IMG/VR virus record: IMGVR_UViG_3300022666_000296
Coordinates: 634 to 64,633 of that record
Source: a virus
Lineage: Duplodnaviria; Caudoviricetes
Length of the DNA stretch: 64,000 nt
Strand: one strand, 5' to 3'
The notes beneath the pieces were generated by a model, which saw only the letters and a program-made list of their open reading frames with translations, had not been told where the DNA came from and did not search any database. Of this stretch, positions 1-9,390 are shown piece by piece (position 1 is the first letter of the stretch; each line of letters begins with the position of its first letter). The translations under genes were made by a program, and so were the position numbers.

Positions 1-27
1 GAGGATCAAGATTAATGCCTCTACCAT
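1..27 (-). CDS. 5' end of first leftward early gene (Cro position), MVEALILIL...; probably continues at window end
   Basis: ATG at 27 with AGGAGG RBS (CCTCCT 34-39), divergent from the repressor; runs off the left edge. Confidence 0.6.
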
Positions 28-54
28 CGCGTGCCTCCTGCTGTAGTTTTTCGT

Positions 55-165
55 GTTGGCTCGTGCCAACAAATATCAGTATAATCGATTTTGTTGGCTG
101 GAGCCAACGTCATATGTCATTACTTTTACGACAAATGTCACATGTTGGCCCGCGCCAACGTTGGC
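55..165. promoter_or_regulatory. Immunity switch: three operators GTTGGC-N4-GCCAAC (55-70, 93-108, 144-159) with overlapping divergent promoters
   Basis: Three exact inverted repeats between divergent genes; minus-strand TTGGCT(107-102)-18-TATACT(83-78); plus-strand TTGGCT(56-61)-18-TATAAT(80-85). Confidence 0.8.
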
Positions 166-182
166 TGTAGTACAGTATCACT

Positions 183-521
183 ATGGAATTCGTAGACTGG
201 TTACGAGCAGAGATGGAGACTAGAGGTATAGGCGTGCGTGAATTAGCACGCCTTGGACACGTTTCTCCGGCGGGCATATCAAAGGTGCTGAGCCAAACGC
301 GGCAACCTGGTATCGAGCTGTGTCAGGGAATCGCCAAGGCTTTCAAAATGCCGCAGGCAGAAGTTTTTGAGAAAGCCGGTCTACTCAATGACCCATTCAG
401 TAGACGTTTCGCCAACTTAACTCTCGAACAACGCGAGATCATTCTCGCCGCAATGGAGGCTATGCTTGAGGAGAATCAAAGAAGCGCTGCTCGAAAAGCG
501 CTACAACCAACAACAACGTAG
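183..521 (+). CDS. XRE-family HTH phage repressor (CI-like)
   Basis: HTH_3-like N-terminus (VRELARLGHVSPAGISKVLSQTRQPGIELCQGIAKAF); next to operators; no clear SD. Confidence 0.85.
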   Translation: MEFVDWLRAEMETRGIGVRELARLGHVSPAGISKVLSQTRQPGIELCQGIAKAFKMPQAEVFEKAGLLNDPFSRRFANLTLEQREIILAAMEAMLEENQRSAARKALQPTTT

Positions 522-876
522 ATTCTACAACATCTATCCACATCTCAGTCACGCGCAAATCTCTGAACTGGATGCACATGCAACCACACTAGAAAATCAA
601 CGCCCTCGCCGTTGGTGGGTTTTAGCGTATCCCACTCCTGAGCCACCCTCGAAAATGCGAGCCGTATTGCTTGGCATTGTAATTGTTGGGATTTTTGGTG
701 TATTGAACACGGTAGTAAGTGATACGCTCATTGATATGGCCTTTAAAAACAGGTTGCCCTATCAATGGACATTCCTGACGTATTTGCTGCTGGCCGCCCC
801 CATGGCGGCAATCGCCATCGCGAATCTGGCAGCCCAACTTCACCTTCTACCGCGTCGCGCGTTGGAACGCGCGTAA
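466..876 (+). CDS. Hypothetical membrane protein (2 TM helices)
   Basis: Two hydrophobic segments; start uncertain because it overlaps the repressor by 56 nt. Confidence 0.5.
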   Translation: MRRIKEALLEKRYNQQQRRFYNIYPHLSHAQISELDAHATTLENQRPRRWWVLAYPTPEPPSKMRAVLLGIVIVGIFGVLNTVVSDTLIDMAFKNRLPYQWTFLTYLLLAAPMAAIAIANLAAQLHLLPRRALERA

Positions 877-951
877 GCCATTGCCATAAGTCGAGTTTTG
901 CAGCTACATTTATCGTGCGCCTGCCGGCATCATCACCGCTGAGGGAAATCC

Positions 952-2658
952 ATGGGGCAGTACAGCAAACCGAGACCGTTCTATACCAGAAGCGGACTGC
1001 TTCGCTACGAGACCCAAATTCAGCATCGCGAACTTGGTAAATACCAGACCCTCCGCGGCGATAACCCCCACGTTCTTGAACAAATGGCGCTGGCGCGTGT
1101 CAGACAGTGGGATGAACAGTGGCAGCGCCAGCAGGAAACCCAACGCAAACAAAACGAACGTCATACCCGCGCTCGCGACCAGGAAGCCAAGAAAGCCGAG
1201 GCTGCTCAACGCACCCAAGAGGCGCAAACCACACTCGCAACTCTAAACGCACTGCTCAGCCACACCCTGAGCGTTGACGACGTCGTGGATTGGGATTCTC
1301 TGAAAAACCTGAAGGATTTCACACAACCTAGACCGCAACCGCCCACCGAGCCGCCACCGCTACCCAACGCTCCACAACGCGACGCGCCTCAGTACCACAC
1401 CTATATCAACCTGCTAGACCTGATCTTCACGAAGCGTCGCAGCGCCAAAAACAATGCCAGCGCCGAACAATTTCAGCAAGACACAGTTCAATGGCAACAA
1501 GCCAAAGCCCAGCGCGAGCAGACCATCGCGGAACAAGCACTTGCTTACCAGCAAGCGTCAAACCAATGGGAACGCCAGCGCGAAGCCTATCTGCGGCAGC
1601 GCGAGCAAGAAAACGCTGTCATAGATGAAAAACGCCGTCAATACCTCTCTGGTGATCCAGAGGCTATCAAAGACTACTGCGAGCTCGTCCTTGCCAATTC
1701 TGAGTACCCGGACTTCTTTCCACAGGTATACGATCTCGATTACTTGCCAGAAAGCAGCATCTTGTTGATTGACTATCAACTACCTGCGCTCACCGACATA
1801 CCCACACTCTATGATGTGCGGTATATCCAGTCACGTGACGAGTTCACTGAAAAACATCTCCCTGAACCCAAAGCCCGCGCGCTCTATGACCACGTCCTTT
1901 ACCAGATTGCCCTCCGCACGCTCCACGAACTCTTCGAGGCCGATCGCGCAGATGGCATCCAGGCCATAGTTTTCAACGGCTACGTCAAGGCCATTGACCC
2001 CACCTCTGGTCACGAAACCACACCGTGTGTATTGTCGTTGCAAGTCACCCAGGAGACCTTCTCCCAACTCAACCTGGAGAACGTTGATCCCAAAGCTTGT
2101 TTTCGCAGTCTGAAAGGCGTCGCCGCAGCGCATCTCCACACCCTCACTCCAATTGCTCCCGTCCTTAAACTGAACCGTGAGGATGCGCGTTTCATTGACC
2201 CTCAAGAAGTCCTTGAAGGTGTACAAGAAGGCGCAAACCTCGCCACCATGAGCTGGGAAGACTTCGAGCACTTCATCCGCGAACTGTTTGAACGCGAATT
2301 CAGCGTTGCTGGGGGTGAAGTCAAAGTTTCTCGGGCAAGCCGCGACGGAGGCGTGGATGCAGTAGTCTTCGACCCAGATCCCATCCGCGGTGGAAAAATC
2401 GTCATCCAGGCAAAGCGCTACACCAACACCGTTGGTGTATCTGCTGTGCGCGATCTGTTTGGTACAGTTATGAACGAGGGGGCCAATAAAGGCATCCTGG
2501 TCACCACAGCCACCTATGGCGCAGATGCTTACGAATTTGCTCAGGGGAAGCCTATCGTGCTACTCAATGGCAGTGAGCTGCTGCACCTCTTGGAGAAACA
2601 TGGTCACAAAGCGCGTATTGACCTACAAGAAGCCAGACGCATGGCAGGGGAGTATTAA
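952..2658 (+). CDS. Mrr-family restriction endonuclease with long N-terminal coiled-coil
   Basis: C-terminal Mrr_cat motifs SRDGGVD...VIQAKRY...VGVSAVRDL...KGILVTT; Q/E-rich helical N-terminus. Confidence 0.85.
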   Translation: MGQYSKPRPFYTRSGLLRYETQIQHRELGKYQTLRGDNPHVLEQMALARVRQWDEQWQRQQETQRKQNERHTRARDQEAKKAEAAQRTQEAQTTLATLNALLSHTLSVDDVVDWDSLKNLKDFTQPRPQPPTEPPPLPNAPQRDAPQYHTYINLLDLIFTKRRSAKNNASAEQFQQDTVQWQQAKAQREQTIAEQALAYQQASNQWERQREAYLRQREQENAVIDEKRRQYLSGDPEAIKDYCELVLANSEYPDFFPQVYDLDYLPESSILLIDYQLPALTDIPTLYDVRYIQSRDEFTEKHLPEPKARALYDHVLYQIALRTLHELFEADRADGIQAIVFNGYVKAIDPTSGHETTPCVLSLQVTQETFSQLNLENVDPKACFRSLKGVAAAHLHTLTPIAPVLKLNREDARFIDPQEVLEGVQEGANLATMSWEDFEHFIRELFEREFSVAGGEVKVSRASRDGGVDAVVFDPDPIRGGKIVIQAKRYTNTVGVSAVRDLFGTVMNEGANKGILVTTATYGADAYEFAQGKPIVLLNGSELLHLLEKHGHKARIDLQEARRMAGEY

Positions 2659-2660
2659 CC

Positions 2661-3230
2661 ATGCCTGGAAAGTATACTTTCAAGAGCGGTAAACTGTTCA
2701 TTCGCCTGGGTCAACATGAAACCTTGGTGATCCCCCTAATCTTGATACCTGTTATGGGGACGTTGTTCGCCTGCTTACTCTGTGGTGGTTGGGTTATTGG
2801 CGACACCACACTGCGTACCGTTGGAATTCTACCGACCTACACCCTCACCCCATCCATCACCCCAACCGCATCCTCCACACCCACTGCCACCCAGACACCA
2901 TCGGCAACCCCAACGCCCACGGTTACGCCCACGCCAACATCTACCAGAACTCCCACCATAACCCCTGGACCGTCGCCAACACCAACCTCAACCTACACAC
3001 CACGTCCAACTAACACCCCGCGTCCGACGAATACCCCACGTCCGACCAGCACGCCAGCCGCCCCACCCACGTCCAGGCCCACACTCCGGCCAACTGCAAT
3101 ACCGACTGCGCCGGCTGCTCCTGCAGTTTGCTGCAAACACTGTGGGCCAACTAGCAAACCTTGCGGGGATTCGTGCATCTCACTTGATAAAAACTGCAAC
3201 CAGCCACCTGGATGCGCCTGCAAACCATAG
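2661..3230 (+). CDS. Membrane-anchored Pro/Thr-rich protein with Cys-rich C-terminal domain
   Basis: TM helix, TPT/TPRP linker, [31 protein letters not shown]. Confidence 0.7.
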   Translation: MPGKYTFKSGKLFIRLGQHETLVIPLILIPVMGTLFACLLCGGWVIGDTTLRTVGILPTYTLTPSITPTASSTPTATQTPSATPTPTVTPTPTSTRTPTITPGPSPTPTSTYTPRPTNTPRPTNTPRPTSTPAAPPTSRPTLRPTAIPTAPAAPAVCCKHCGPTSKPCGDSCISLDKNCNQPPGCACKP

Positions 3231-3289
3231 CAACTACGTGAATTTCGCTGCGTTCTAGCTCCCAATAATCGTTCTAAAAGCAATGCCCA

Positions 3290-3318
3290 CCTTCTGCTAA
3301 TAAAGGATTATCAGCACT
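3290..3318. repeat. dif-like palindromic site S1 CCTTCTGCTAA-TAAAGGA-TTATCAGCACT
   Basis: Member of the genome-wide site family; left flank of attP. Confidence 0.8.
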
Positions 3319-3417
3319 ATAATAATTGCAGATTGCATGGTTGCCTGAAAACTACTTCAACACCAGTGCTCAAGGATATGCCAGAAAAGCGACCATATGC
3401 ACCGCCGGAAAAACACA

Positions 3418-3461
3418 GTTCGGGTCCGTGAGGTCCAGGGTTCAAATCCCTGCGCCCCGAC
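3418..3461 (+). mobile_element. attP core: 3' half of tRNA-Pro(CGG)
   Basis: GTTCGGGTCCGTGAGGTCCAGGGTTCAAATCCCTGCGCCCCGAC contains the anticodon loop TTCGGGT, T-arm GGTTCAAATCC and acceptor 3' strand CGCCCCG; no 5' half or D-arm upstream; beside the integrase. Confidence 0.85.
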
Positions 3462-3710
3462 TGAGTGCTCACGGAAGGCACGTTTTGTCACTCCATGAGC
3501 ACCCCAGTTGGCTCTCCCGTCAACTGTAGATAGCATGGTACAGTAGGTCTCATGGATAACCTAACTGCCATTCCATGAGTACCGCGGTAGGGATCCACCC
3601 CTACTGAGACTGGCGTCGCTATCGTTTTCCGGCTTCAAAAAAAACGTCGCAATTAGTTATCAGCACTATCCGCAACATTAGCGGAACAAGACGTTAGAAC
3701 CGGAGATGAC

Positions 3711-4706
3711 ATGGCACGCAAGAAGAATTCTACCCAGTTACGTTTGTCCCAGGCCATAGATGGCTTCTTTCTCGAGCTTCACGCGCGGCGACTCAGCCCT
3801 CACACCATCAGCGACTACCAAAACACCTGCAACAAACTGACCGCATGGCTGCGCGATGATCCCTACATGCACGAAATCGAAGCCGCTACCATTCAGAAGT
3901 TCCTGGCATACCTTGGCAACACCCCACAACAACCCAACACCCCCATCCAACGCCAGGCCAAACCGCTATCCAAGAAATCCGTGCTCAACATCCACACGGG
4001 CCTCTCCGCGCTGTGGACATGGGCATTGCGCGAGGGCATCATCCACGACCACATCATACGCGGCATTCCCCGCCCCAGGCCCGAGAAGCGCGTTATCATC
4101 CCCTTTACCCGCGATGAAGTCGCCGGCATGCTCGACGCTTGCTCTGCGACCAAAGGCTATTTCCAGAAACGCACCTGGTGCGCCAACTCGCGCCCGACCG
4201 AGCTCCGGGACCAGGCCATCATTCGCACCCTCACCGACACTGGCCTACGCGCCTCCGAGCTGTGCGACCTCAAAATCGGGGATTTCGACATGCCCAACCA
4301 CCGGCTCAAAGTCTTCGGCAAAGGCTCTAAAGAGCGCGTGCTGGCGCTGGGGGATCGTACTACCAAAGCGATCTGGCTCTACCTGACCAAAAGCCGGCCC
4401 GCCAACATCAACGCAGACGAGCCGCTTTTCGCCACAGATGATGGCGTCGAGCACCTGACTCGTCGCGCTCTCGGCCTGCTCCTGGAGCGCATCGGCGAAC
4501 GCGCTGGAGTGCCCAACGTTCACCCCCATCGCTTCCGACATACATTCGCGATCACCTACCTCAGAAACGATGGCGACGTCTACAGCCTGCAGATGATGCT
4601 CGGTCACAGCACTCTGGACATGGTCAGACGCTACCTCGCCATCGCCCAGACCGATGTCGAAAAAGCCCATCGTAGAGCCTCGCCCATAGACAACTGGAAA
4701 CTCTGA
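3711..4706 (+). CDS. int: Tyrosine integrase (attP-associated)
   Basis: TGLRASE, K (VFGKGSK), HRFRH, LGHS...MVRRY catalytic motifs; follows the tRNA-derived att core. Confidence 0.95.
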   Translation: MARKKNSTQLRLSQAIDGFFLELHARRLSPHTISDYQNTCNKLTAWLRDDPYMHEIEAATIQKFLAYLGNTPQQPNTPIQRQAKPLSKKSVLNIHTGLSALWTWALREGIIHDHIIRGIPRPRPEKRVIIPFTRDEVAGMLDACSATKGYFQKRTWCANSRPTELRDQAIIRTLTDTGLRASELCDLKIGDFDMPNHRLKVFGKGSKERVLALGDRTTKAIWLYLTKSRPANINADEPLFATDDGVEHLTRRALGLLLERIGERAGVPNVHPHRFRHTFAITYLRNDGDVYSLQMMLGHSTLDMVRRYLAIAQTDVEKAHRRASPIDNWKL

Positions 4707-4724
4707 ATGGTTAAGCAAAAGAAA

Positions 4725-4766
4725 CTCCCTATCGAAGAAACCGTCGACGGTTTCTTCGATAGGGAG
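4725..4766. terminator. Perfect 42-bp palindrome between convergent genes (terminator or cruciform site)
   Basis: CTCCCTATCGAAGAAACCGTC|GACGGTTTCTTCGATAGGGAG; A-rich run on the left gives a U-tract on the minus strand. Confidence 0.6.
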
Positions 4767-4963
4767 CGTAATTGCATTACTTTGGATACAATCACTCCAG
4801 AGTAGCACAGTCTCAGTCTTTTGCTGCCCGTTCCGGGTTCAGCGCCAATAATCGCTCCAGAGTTTGCTTTTCTGTTCTTGAAGTTCAGAATTTCATCTTC
4901 GCGCTGCTAGATCTAGAAGCAGAGTCCCTCTGAGTGAAATGGTGGAGCTCATTGCATTGGAAT

Positions 4964-5389
4964 CTAGCCTTCAGGGTCCAGAATTTGTACCACCCTATCA
5001 CCCTTTTTGACATAACTCTCTTCTTCGGGGAGCGGTGGTGGGAGAGTAGAATCAGTTGTTCGTAAGGTCTCTGGCACACTCTGCACGGGCGCCATGAGAG
5101 CTGCAATAGAAGGCAAAACACCTACAGTACGTAGTCTATAGGTTTTACATATAGAATATCTTGGCTCTAGCTTCGATACTGTTACTCTCACTTTTTCGCG
5201 GTCCAAAAGACCAAGAAGATCCCCGGTCTCTGGGTCATGTATCTCCATTGGCGAATAGGATAATATCTTGAACTTCATATTCTGCTTTACGCCCGCTTCT
5301 GCACCGATATTTATTATCAGTTCTCTCTCATTCAGAACCATAACAACTTTACCTTGAAGTGGTTCCTGAGTCTCTATGTCTTCACTCAT
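4964..5389 (-). CDS. Hypothetical protein, FlgT C-terminal-like beta domain
   Basis: LIINIGAEAGVKQNMKFKI...IHDPETGDLLG pattern; low-GC cargo. Confidence 0.55.
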   Translation of the reverse strand: MSEDIETQEPLQGKVVMVLNERELIINIGAEAGVKQNMKFKILSYSPMEIHDPETGDLLGLLDREKVRVTVSKLEPRYSICKTYRLRTVGVLPSIAALMAPVQSVPETLRTTDSTLPPPLPEEESYVKKGDRVVQILDPEG

Positions 5390-6057
5390 TTAACGTCTCC
5401 TTGTGTTACAAGTATGGCACGCATCTTGGGGAAACTCATCATCCTCACAGTCTGTTTGACGTATCCAGCCCACAATGAATCGAGCTGCCCAACAGCCTTA
5501 GCATATATGGTTTGTGATTGAATATCCACCACTTCAAAAATCCCCATCAAGTATTGATCACTCATATCAATTACAACGAATCTATCGCCAGGCGTTACTG
5601 CTGGATTTCTCTTTTTCTTAAGAGATATGTACATTTCAATCGAGTGACTATATGTCGCCTCAGATATCTCGAATATTTTCCTCTCATCAATTCCCATGGC
5701 CAATTGGACGTATTGTATGCGGCAATCTTCAGCATTTTTGATAGCTTGCTGTGCGATTAAGTGAGTCTTAGGATAATGTTTGACTCGCTGAACACCCACT
5801 TTGGCCAAATTGTAAGTATATTCGACGATTGGACAATAAAGAGGTGCGAAGAATAGTAGAATTGCGAGTATTTTTGGGCATTGCGGCAGAAACATCCCCA
5901 AAGCTCCCAACAAAAAGGGAATCAAAGCTAACCAGAACTCGGATTTCCACCTAATTTTTGGTAGCGCGATCAATAATGGCAAACCGTCCTCAGATACCTG
6001 CAAATCCATCCTTTCTATCCCTACTTGATGGGGTATGTTGTCTTTTTGTCGCACCAT
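5386..6057 (-). CDS. Hypothetical membrane protein (low-GC cargo)
   Basis: Two N-terminal hydrophobic helices; overlaps and is coupled to 4964-5389. Confidence 0.65.
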   Translation of the reverse strand: MVRQKDNIPHQVGIERMDLQVSEDGLPLLIALPKIRWKSEFWLALIPFLLGALGMFLPQCPKILAILLFFAPLYCPIVEYTYNLAKVGVQRVKHYPKTHLIAQQAIKNAEDCRIQYVQLAMGIDERKIFEISEATYSHSIEMYISLKKKRNPAVTPGDRFVVIDMSDQYLMGIFEVVDIQSQTIYAKAVGQLDSLWAGYVKQTVRMMSFPKMRAILVTQGDVK

Positions 6058-6065
6058 GAGGTTTT

Positions 6066-8879
6066 CTATCCCCCTGCCCGTTTCAAATTCAGCGCCAGCA
6101 ACCGCTCCAGAATCTCCTCATCGCTGAGGCCATCCCCCCACCCATAGGCCTCGAAGACGGCGCGGTCCAACCGGGCGTGCGCCTGCGTGAGCCACGTGGG
6201 GCGCTGATTGTAGAGAGTCGTGAGCGTGCGCTTCTTGAGCTCCGCCTCGCTCGCCCCGGGCGGGTTGAGCCAGGCATCGCGCTTCGCCACCAGGTCGCGC
6301 GCAGCTTGAGCGATAGCTGCCACGCGCGCATCGGCGTCCTCGGCGGGTTCCGTGCCCGGCGCCCAGGGGAACGGGAAGGTCTCGAAGGTGGTGGTAGGCG
6401 TGTAGCGAAAGCCGCTTTCAGCCTCACGAAGCTGGGTGCCGGTGGCTCGCGCCCATAATTCGTGAGGCTTGGAATGCAGGATGCCAAAGAAGTAGTCGTC
6501 AGAACGGGCAAAAGCGATAACTGCATGATCAGGGATTGTTGCGCTATTGAGCCATGTGAAGATGCGGTGCTTAGAAACCCCAGGCGTTACCAGGAAACGG
6601 TTCAGCCCAGCCAATGCTCGGCGCATCCCAGCACATGGCTCAGCGAGCAGCCACCACCGCTTCGAATATGCGGCCTTCCGATTTTGCGAACGCACGGGGT
6701 AGACGTGGGTACGAAGATACTCAAACGGCGCCTCGTAGAGAGCAGCATCCTGCTCGGACATATCCGTGCCGAAATCGATGATCCACATCCCTCGATTGCG
6801 GCGAGTCACATCTAGACCGTTTACCCATGGTTTTACCACGTCGCTATTAGGGCGACCATTGGGGTTGCCAATTGAGCTAAGCAGACGCTGAGCCGTGGGT
6901 GGATCAATGTCGAACCCACCGCCCTTTACCGTTGCGATGAATGCGATCCGCGCGTTCTCAACAAGACGTTGTGCCTGTGTAACGTCGGCTCGTCCGCTCA
7001 GGTTAGCATTGATTGTGCTGACGTGCTGTCCATCAAGCATTCGCTCTGTTTCTGACCCATCATCGAAGCCGACTATGGACACATGCACCGCCGCCCCGTC
7101 GAGCACCCAATTACGATCACCCCAAGCCCAGAAAATATCGCCAGTCTGCTTGATCCGTTCCAAAACTGTACGGTTCAAACCACCCCGAATGCCCTGGGTA
7201 GCAATCAAGCCTGCACGCTTAACCTGCCTAGATTCGATAAGTGCACGAGCTTTCTCAAACCAGTAGCAGACCAGATCAGAGAAGGGTGGTATTCGGTCGC
7301 CGTACATTGCAAACAGCAGCTCAACGTAGGAGTCACCAAGCTCACGCCTGAGCTTCTTTGTACCCAAAAACGGCGGATTCCCGATAATCACATCCGCGGC
7401 GGGCCATTCGGGCTCCACCGGTCTGCCCTCCGCGTCATAAGCCAGGATGGCATCCATGCGCCGGATGGTGTCCAGCGGCTTGAGAATCGGCTCGGAGGGG
7501 AAGCCGTAGCCGTTGTCGCGCATCCACTGGATGTAGCCTATCCAGATGGTCACCTGCGCCAGCTCGTGTGCGTAGGGGTTGAGCTCGATGCCGTGCAGCT
7601 GCTCCGGCGAGGGCGCCGTGTGCTCCAGCGGCAGTTGCGGCAAGCCCTGCGCAAAGGCGAGCGCGTTCGTCTCCTTCCACAGGTCGAGCAATTCCCGCAA
7701 TGCCATGTAGAGGAAGTTGCCGCTTCCACACGCCGGATCGAGCACCTGTACCTGCGCCAGTTCCACTTGAAAGTCCTGAATCTGTTCCTGCAGCTGGCGC
7801 TGGAAGCGCGCGCCGGAAGCTTTGTTGGCGGCGTCGCGCTTACTCACCAACCCGGCGACCGCCGCCTGCACCTCCGCCCAGCGGCGGCGCAGCGGCGCCA
7901 TCAGCACCGGTTCCACGATGAGCAGGATATCCTCCTTGCTCGTGTAGTGCGCGCCCAGCTGCGAGCGCTTGGTCGGATCGAGGCTGCGCTCGAAGAGCGT
8001 GCCGAAGATGGCAGGCTCCACGCTCGACCAATCCAGGTGGCTGATGCGCGCCAGCGTCCGCATGGCGTTGCCGTCCAGCTCCAGCGCCAGCGCATCGTCG
8101 AAGAGCCGCCCATCGAAGTGCAGAATGGGGTCATAGCCAAACCAACCGCCCGCGCTCATCGCCGCAAAGAGCTGCTGCAGGAGCATTTGGAAATCCTTGG
8201 ATTTGCCCTTCGTCCGCTCGATGAGCGTGCTGAAGATGCCCGTGGGTAAGAGCCCTACATCCTCTGCAAAGAGGCAGAAGAGCAACCGGATCAGGAAGTG
8301 CGCGATGGCTTCGTTCGAGGGCGCGTCGCCGTACTTGCGGAGGTCCTCCGCCAGGCGCGCGAACTCCGCAGCCGCGGCTTGCGTCACCTGCTCGGGCGTC
8401 TGGCGCGCTCTGAGGCTTTCCGGATCGTGAAAGACATGGTGCAGGATTTGGAGTTTTTTCGGATCGAGCAGGTCCTCCAGTGAGAGTGTGAAGACCTGTT
8501 TGACCGTGTTGGTAAATTTGGTATGGATACGTATCGTCTGCATGTCAGAGACGATGAGTATCGGTGGGTTATCCAGCGCGTCGTGATAGCGCAGCAGTTG
8601 ATCATAAGCCTTGTCCAGGTCGGCGTGCTGCCCCTTGTACTCCCACGCGAAGAAGCCACGTTTCCAGACATCCGCCCAGCCCTGGCCGCCAGTATGCTTG
8701 GTGGCGCCCGCCTCGAAGGTGAACCACGCACCTTCGGGGTCAGCTTCGACCGGCGTGGGGTGCGCCAGCAAATTGCACAGGTCGAGGAAGTGCTCCTGGT
8801 AACCAGAGCGCTCTTTGATGGTGGCTTGCTGCCATTTGGCGACGAAGGCCTGAGGGGTGGATATCGCTGGGGTAGTCAT
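6066..8879 (-). CDS. MmeI-like type IIL restriction-modification protein (nuclease + N6-adenine MTase + TRD)
   Basis: ADVWKRGFFAWEYKG nuclease motif, LGAHYT, VLDPACGSGNFL (motif I), IIGNPPF (motif IV), C-terminal TRD/helical region. Confidence 0.9.
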   Translation of the reverse strand: MTTPAISTPQAFVAKWQQATIKERSGYQEHFLDLCNLLAHPTPVEADPEGAWFTFEAGATKHTGGQGWADVWKRGFFAWEYKGQHADLDKAYDQLLRYHDALDNPPILIVSDMQTIRIHTKFTNTVKQVFTLSLEDLLDPKKLQILHHVFHDPESLRARQTPEQVTQAAAAEFARLAEDLRKYGDAPSNEAIAHFLIRLLFCLFAEDVGLLPTGIFSTLIERTKGKSKDFQMLLQQLFAAMSAGGWFGYDPILHFDGRLFDDALALELDGNAMRTLARISHLDWSSVEPAIFGTLFERSLDPTKRSQLGAHYTSKEDILLIVEPVLMAPLRRRWAEVQAAVAGLVSKRDAANKASGARFQRQLQEQIQDFQVELAQVQVLDPACGSGNFLYMALRELLDLWKETNALAFAQGLPQLPLEHTAPSPEQLHGIELNPYAHELAQVTIWIGYIQWMRDNGYGFPSEPILKPLDTIRRMDAILAYDAEGRPVEPEWPAADVIIGNPPFLGTKKLRRELGDSYVELLFAMYGDRIPPFSDLVCYWFEKARALIESRQVKRAGLIATQGIRGGLNRTVLERIKQTGDIFWAWGDRNWVLDGAAVHVSIVGFDDGSETERMLDGQHVSTINANLSGRADVTQAQRLVENARIAFIATVKGGGFDIDPPTAQRLLSSIGNPNGRPNSDVVKPWVNGLDVTRRNRGMWIIDFGTDMSEQDAALYEAPFEYLRTHVYPVRSQNRKAAYSKRWWLLAEPCAGMRRALAGLNRFLVTPGVSKHRIFTWLNSATIPDHAVIAFARSDDYFFGILHSKPHELWARATGTQLREAESGFRYTPTTTFETFPFPWAPGTEPAEDADARVAAIAQAARDLVAKRDAWLNPPGASEAELKKRTLTTLYNQRPTWLTQAHARLDRAVFEAYGWGDGLSDEEILERLLALNLKRAGG

Positions 8880-9331
8880 AGTTTCGGAAACAGTCGTCTG
8901 GCTTCTTGTTTGACCTTCTTGAGTTCTGCAATCCTTATATCAGCCCAGCTCTCGACTTCTCGATAGGACATGCAATCTGGACTAATCAAAATCGGTCCAT
9001 CTTCTTCTTTCCTTGACCACGATCCCAACGCAATATAGGCTACGGACATTATGTCATTGCCTGACACTTCCAGATATATCCCGGTTGGTATTTCGCCAAG
9101 TTTAATCCTTCTGATATTGCGATTATATTCATCAACGTTGATGCTTTCTGGTGGTGAAACGGCAACACCATCACGTTGATCCAGGCGCAGCTCCTGTAAT
9201 CGCTTGATGCGCTTACCCTTGGGACCTGTTAAGAGTTCAGCAATGAATTCATCAGCCGAATCAGCGTAATCTGCCCATGTACCTATTCCGCCTTTGATAA
9301 ATTCAAATGAGACCCAGTAGTTGTTACTCAT
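8876..9331 (-). CDS. Hypothetical protein
   Basis: 151-aa ORF with GGAG RBS; 4-nt overlap with the R-M gene. Confidence 0.65.
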   Translation of the reverse strand: MSNNYWVSFEFIKGGIGTWADYADSADEFIAELLTGPKGKRIKRLQELRLDQRDGVAVSPPESINVDEYNRNIRRIKLGEIPTGIYLEVSGNDIMSVAYIALGSWSRKEEDGPILISPDCMSYREVESWADIRIAELKKVKQEARRLFPKL

Positions 9332-9356
9332 CCATTCTCCTTTCCTGATGGCTACG

Positions 9357-9385
9357 AAAAAACCCGCCAGTATTCTACCGGCGGG
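9357..9385 (-). terminator. Rho-independent terminator-like hairpin
   Basis: CCCGCC/GGCGGG stem followed by a U-run on the minus strand. Confidence 0.55.
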
Positions 9386-9390
9386 CGAAA

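Noticed and set aside
2850-3110. CRISPR-like or tandem repeat array (also 10060-10150)
   Set aside because: These are codon repeats of Pro/Thr linkers with no repeat-spacer structure, and no cas genes were seen.
3400-3465. Complete tRNA-Pro gene
   Set aside because: Only the anticodon loop to the 3' end is present; there is no D-arm or 5' acceptor strand, so it is annotated as the attP core.
3711-4766. Protelomerase gene (N15-type linear phage)
   Set aside because: Both recombinases have standard integrase size and motifs, and Int sits by a tRNA att. The palindrome is kept only as an open finding.
7083-8249. Long plus-strand ORFs opposite real genes (also 14720-15532, 18943-19947, 20566-21372, 27499-28719, 45940-46854)
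   Set aside because: These are antisense shadows of GC-rich coding regions with no recognisable RBS or domains.
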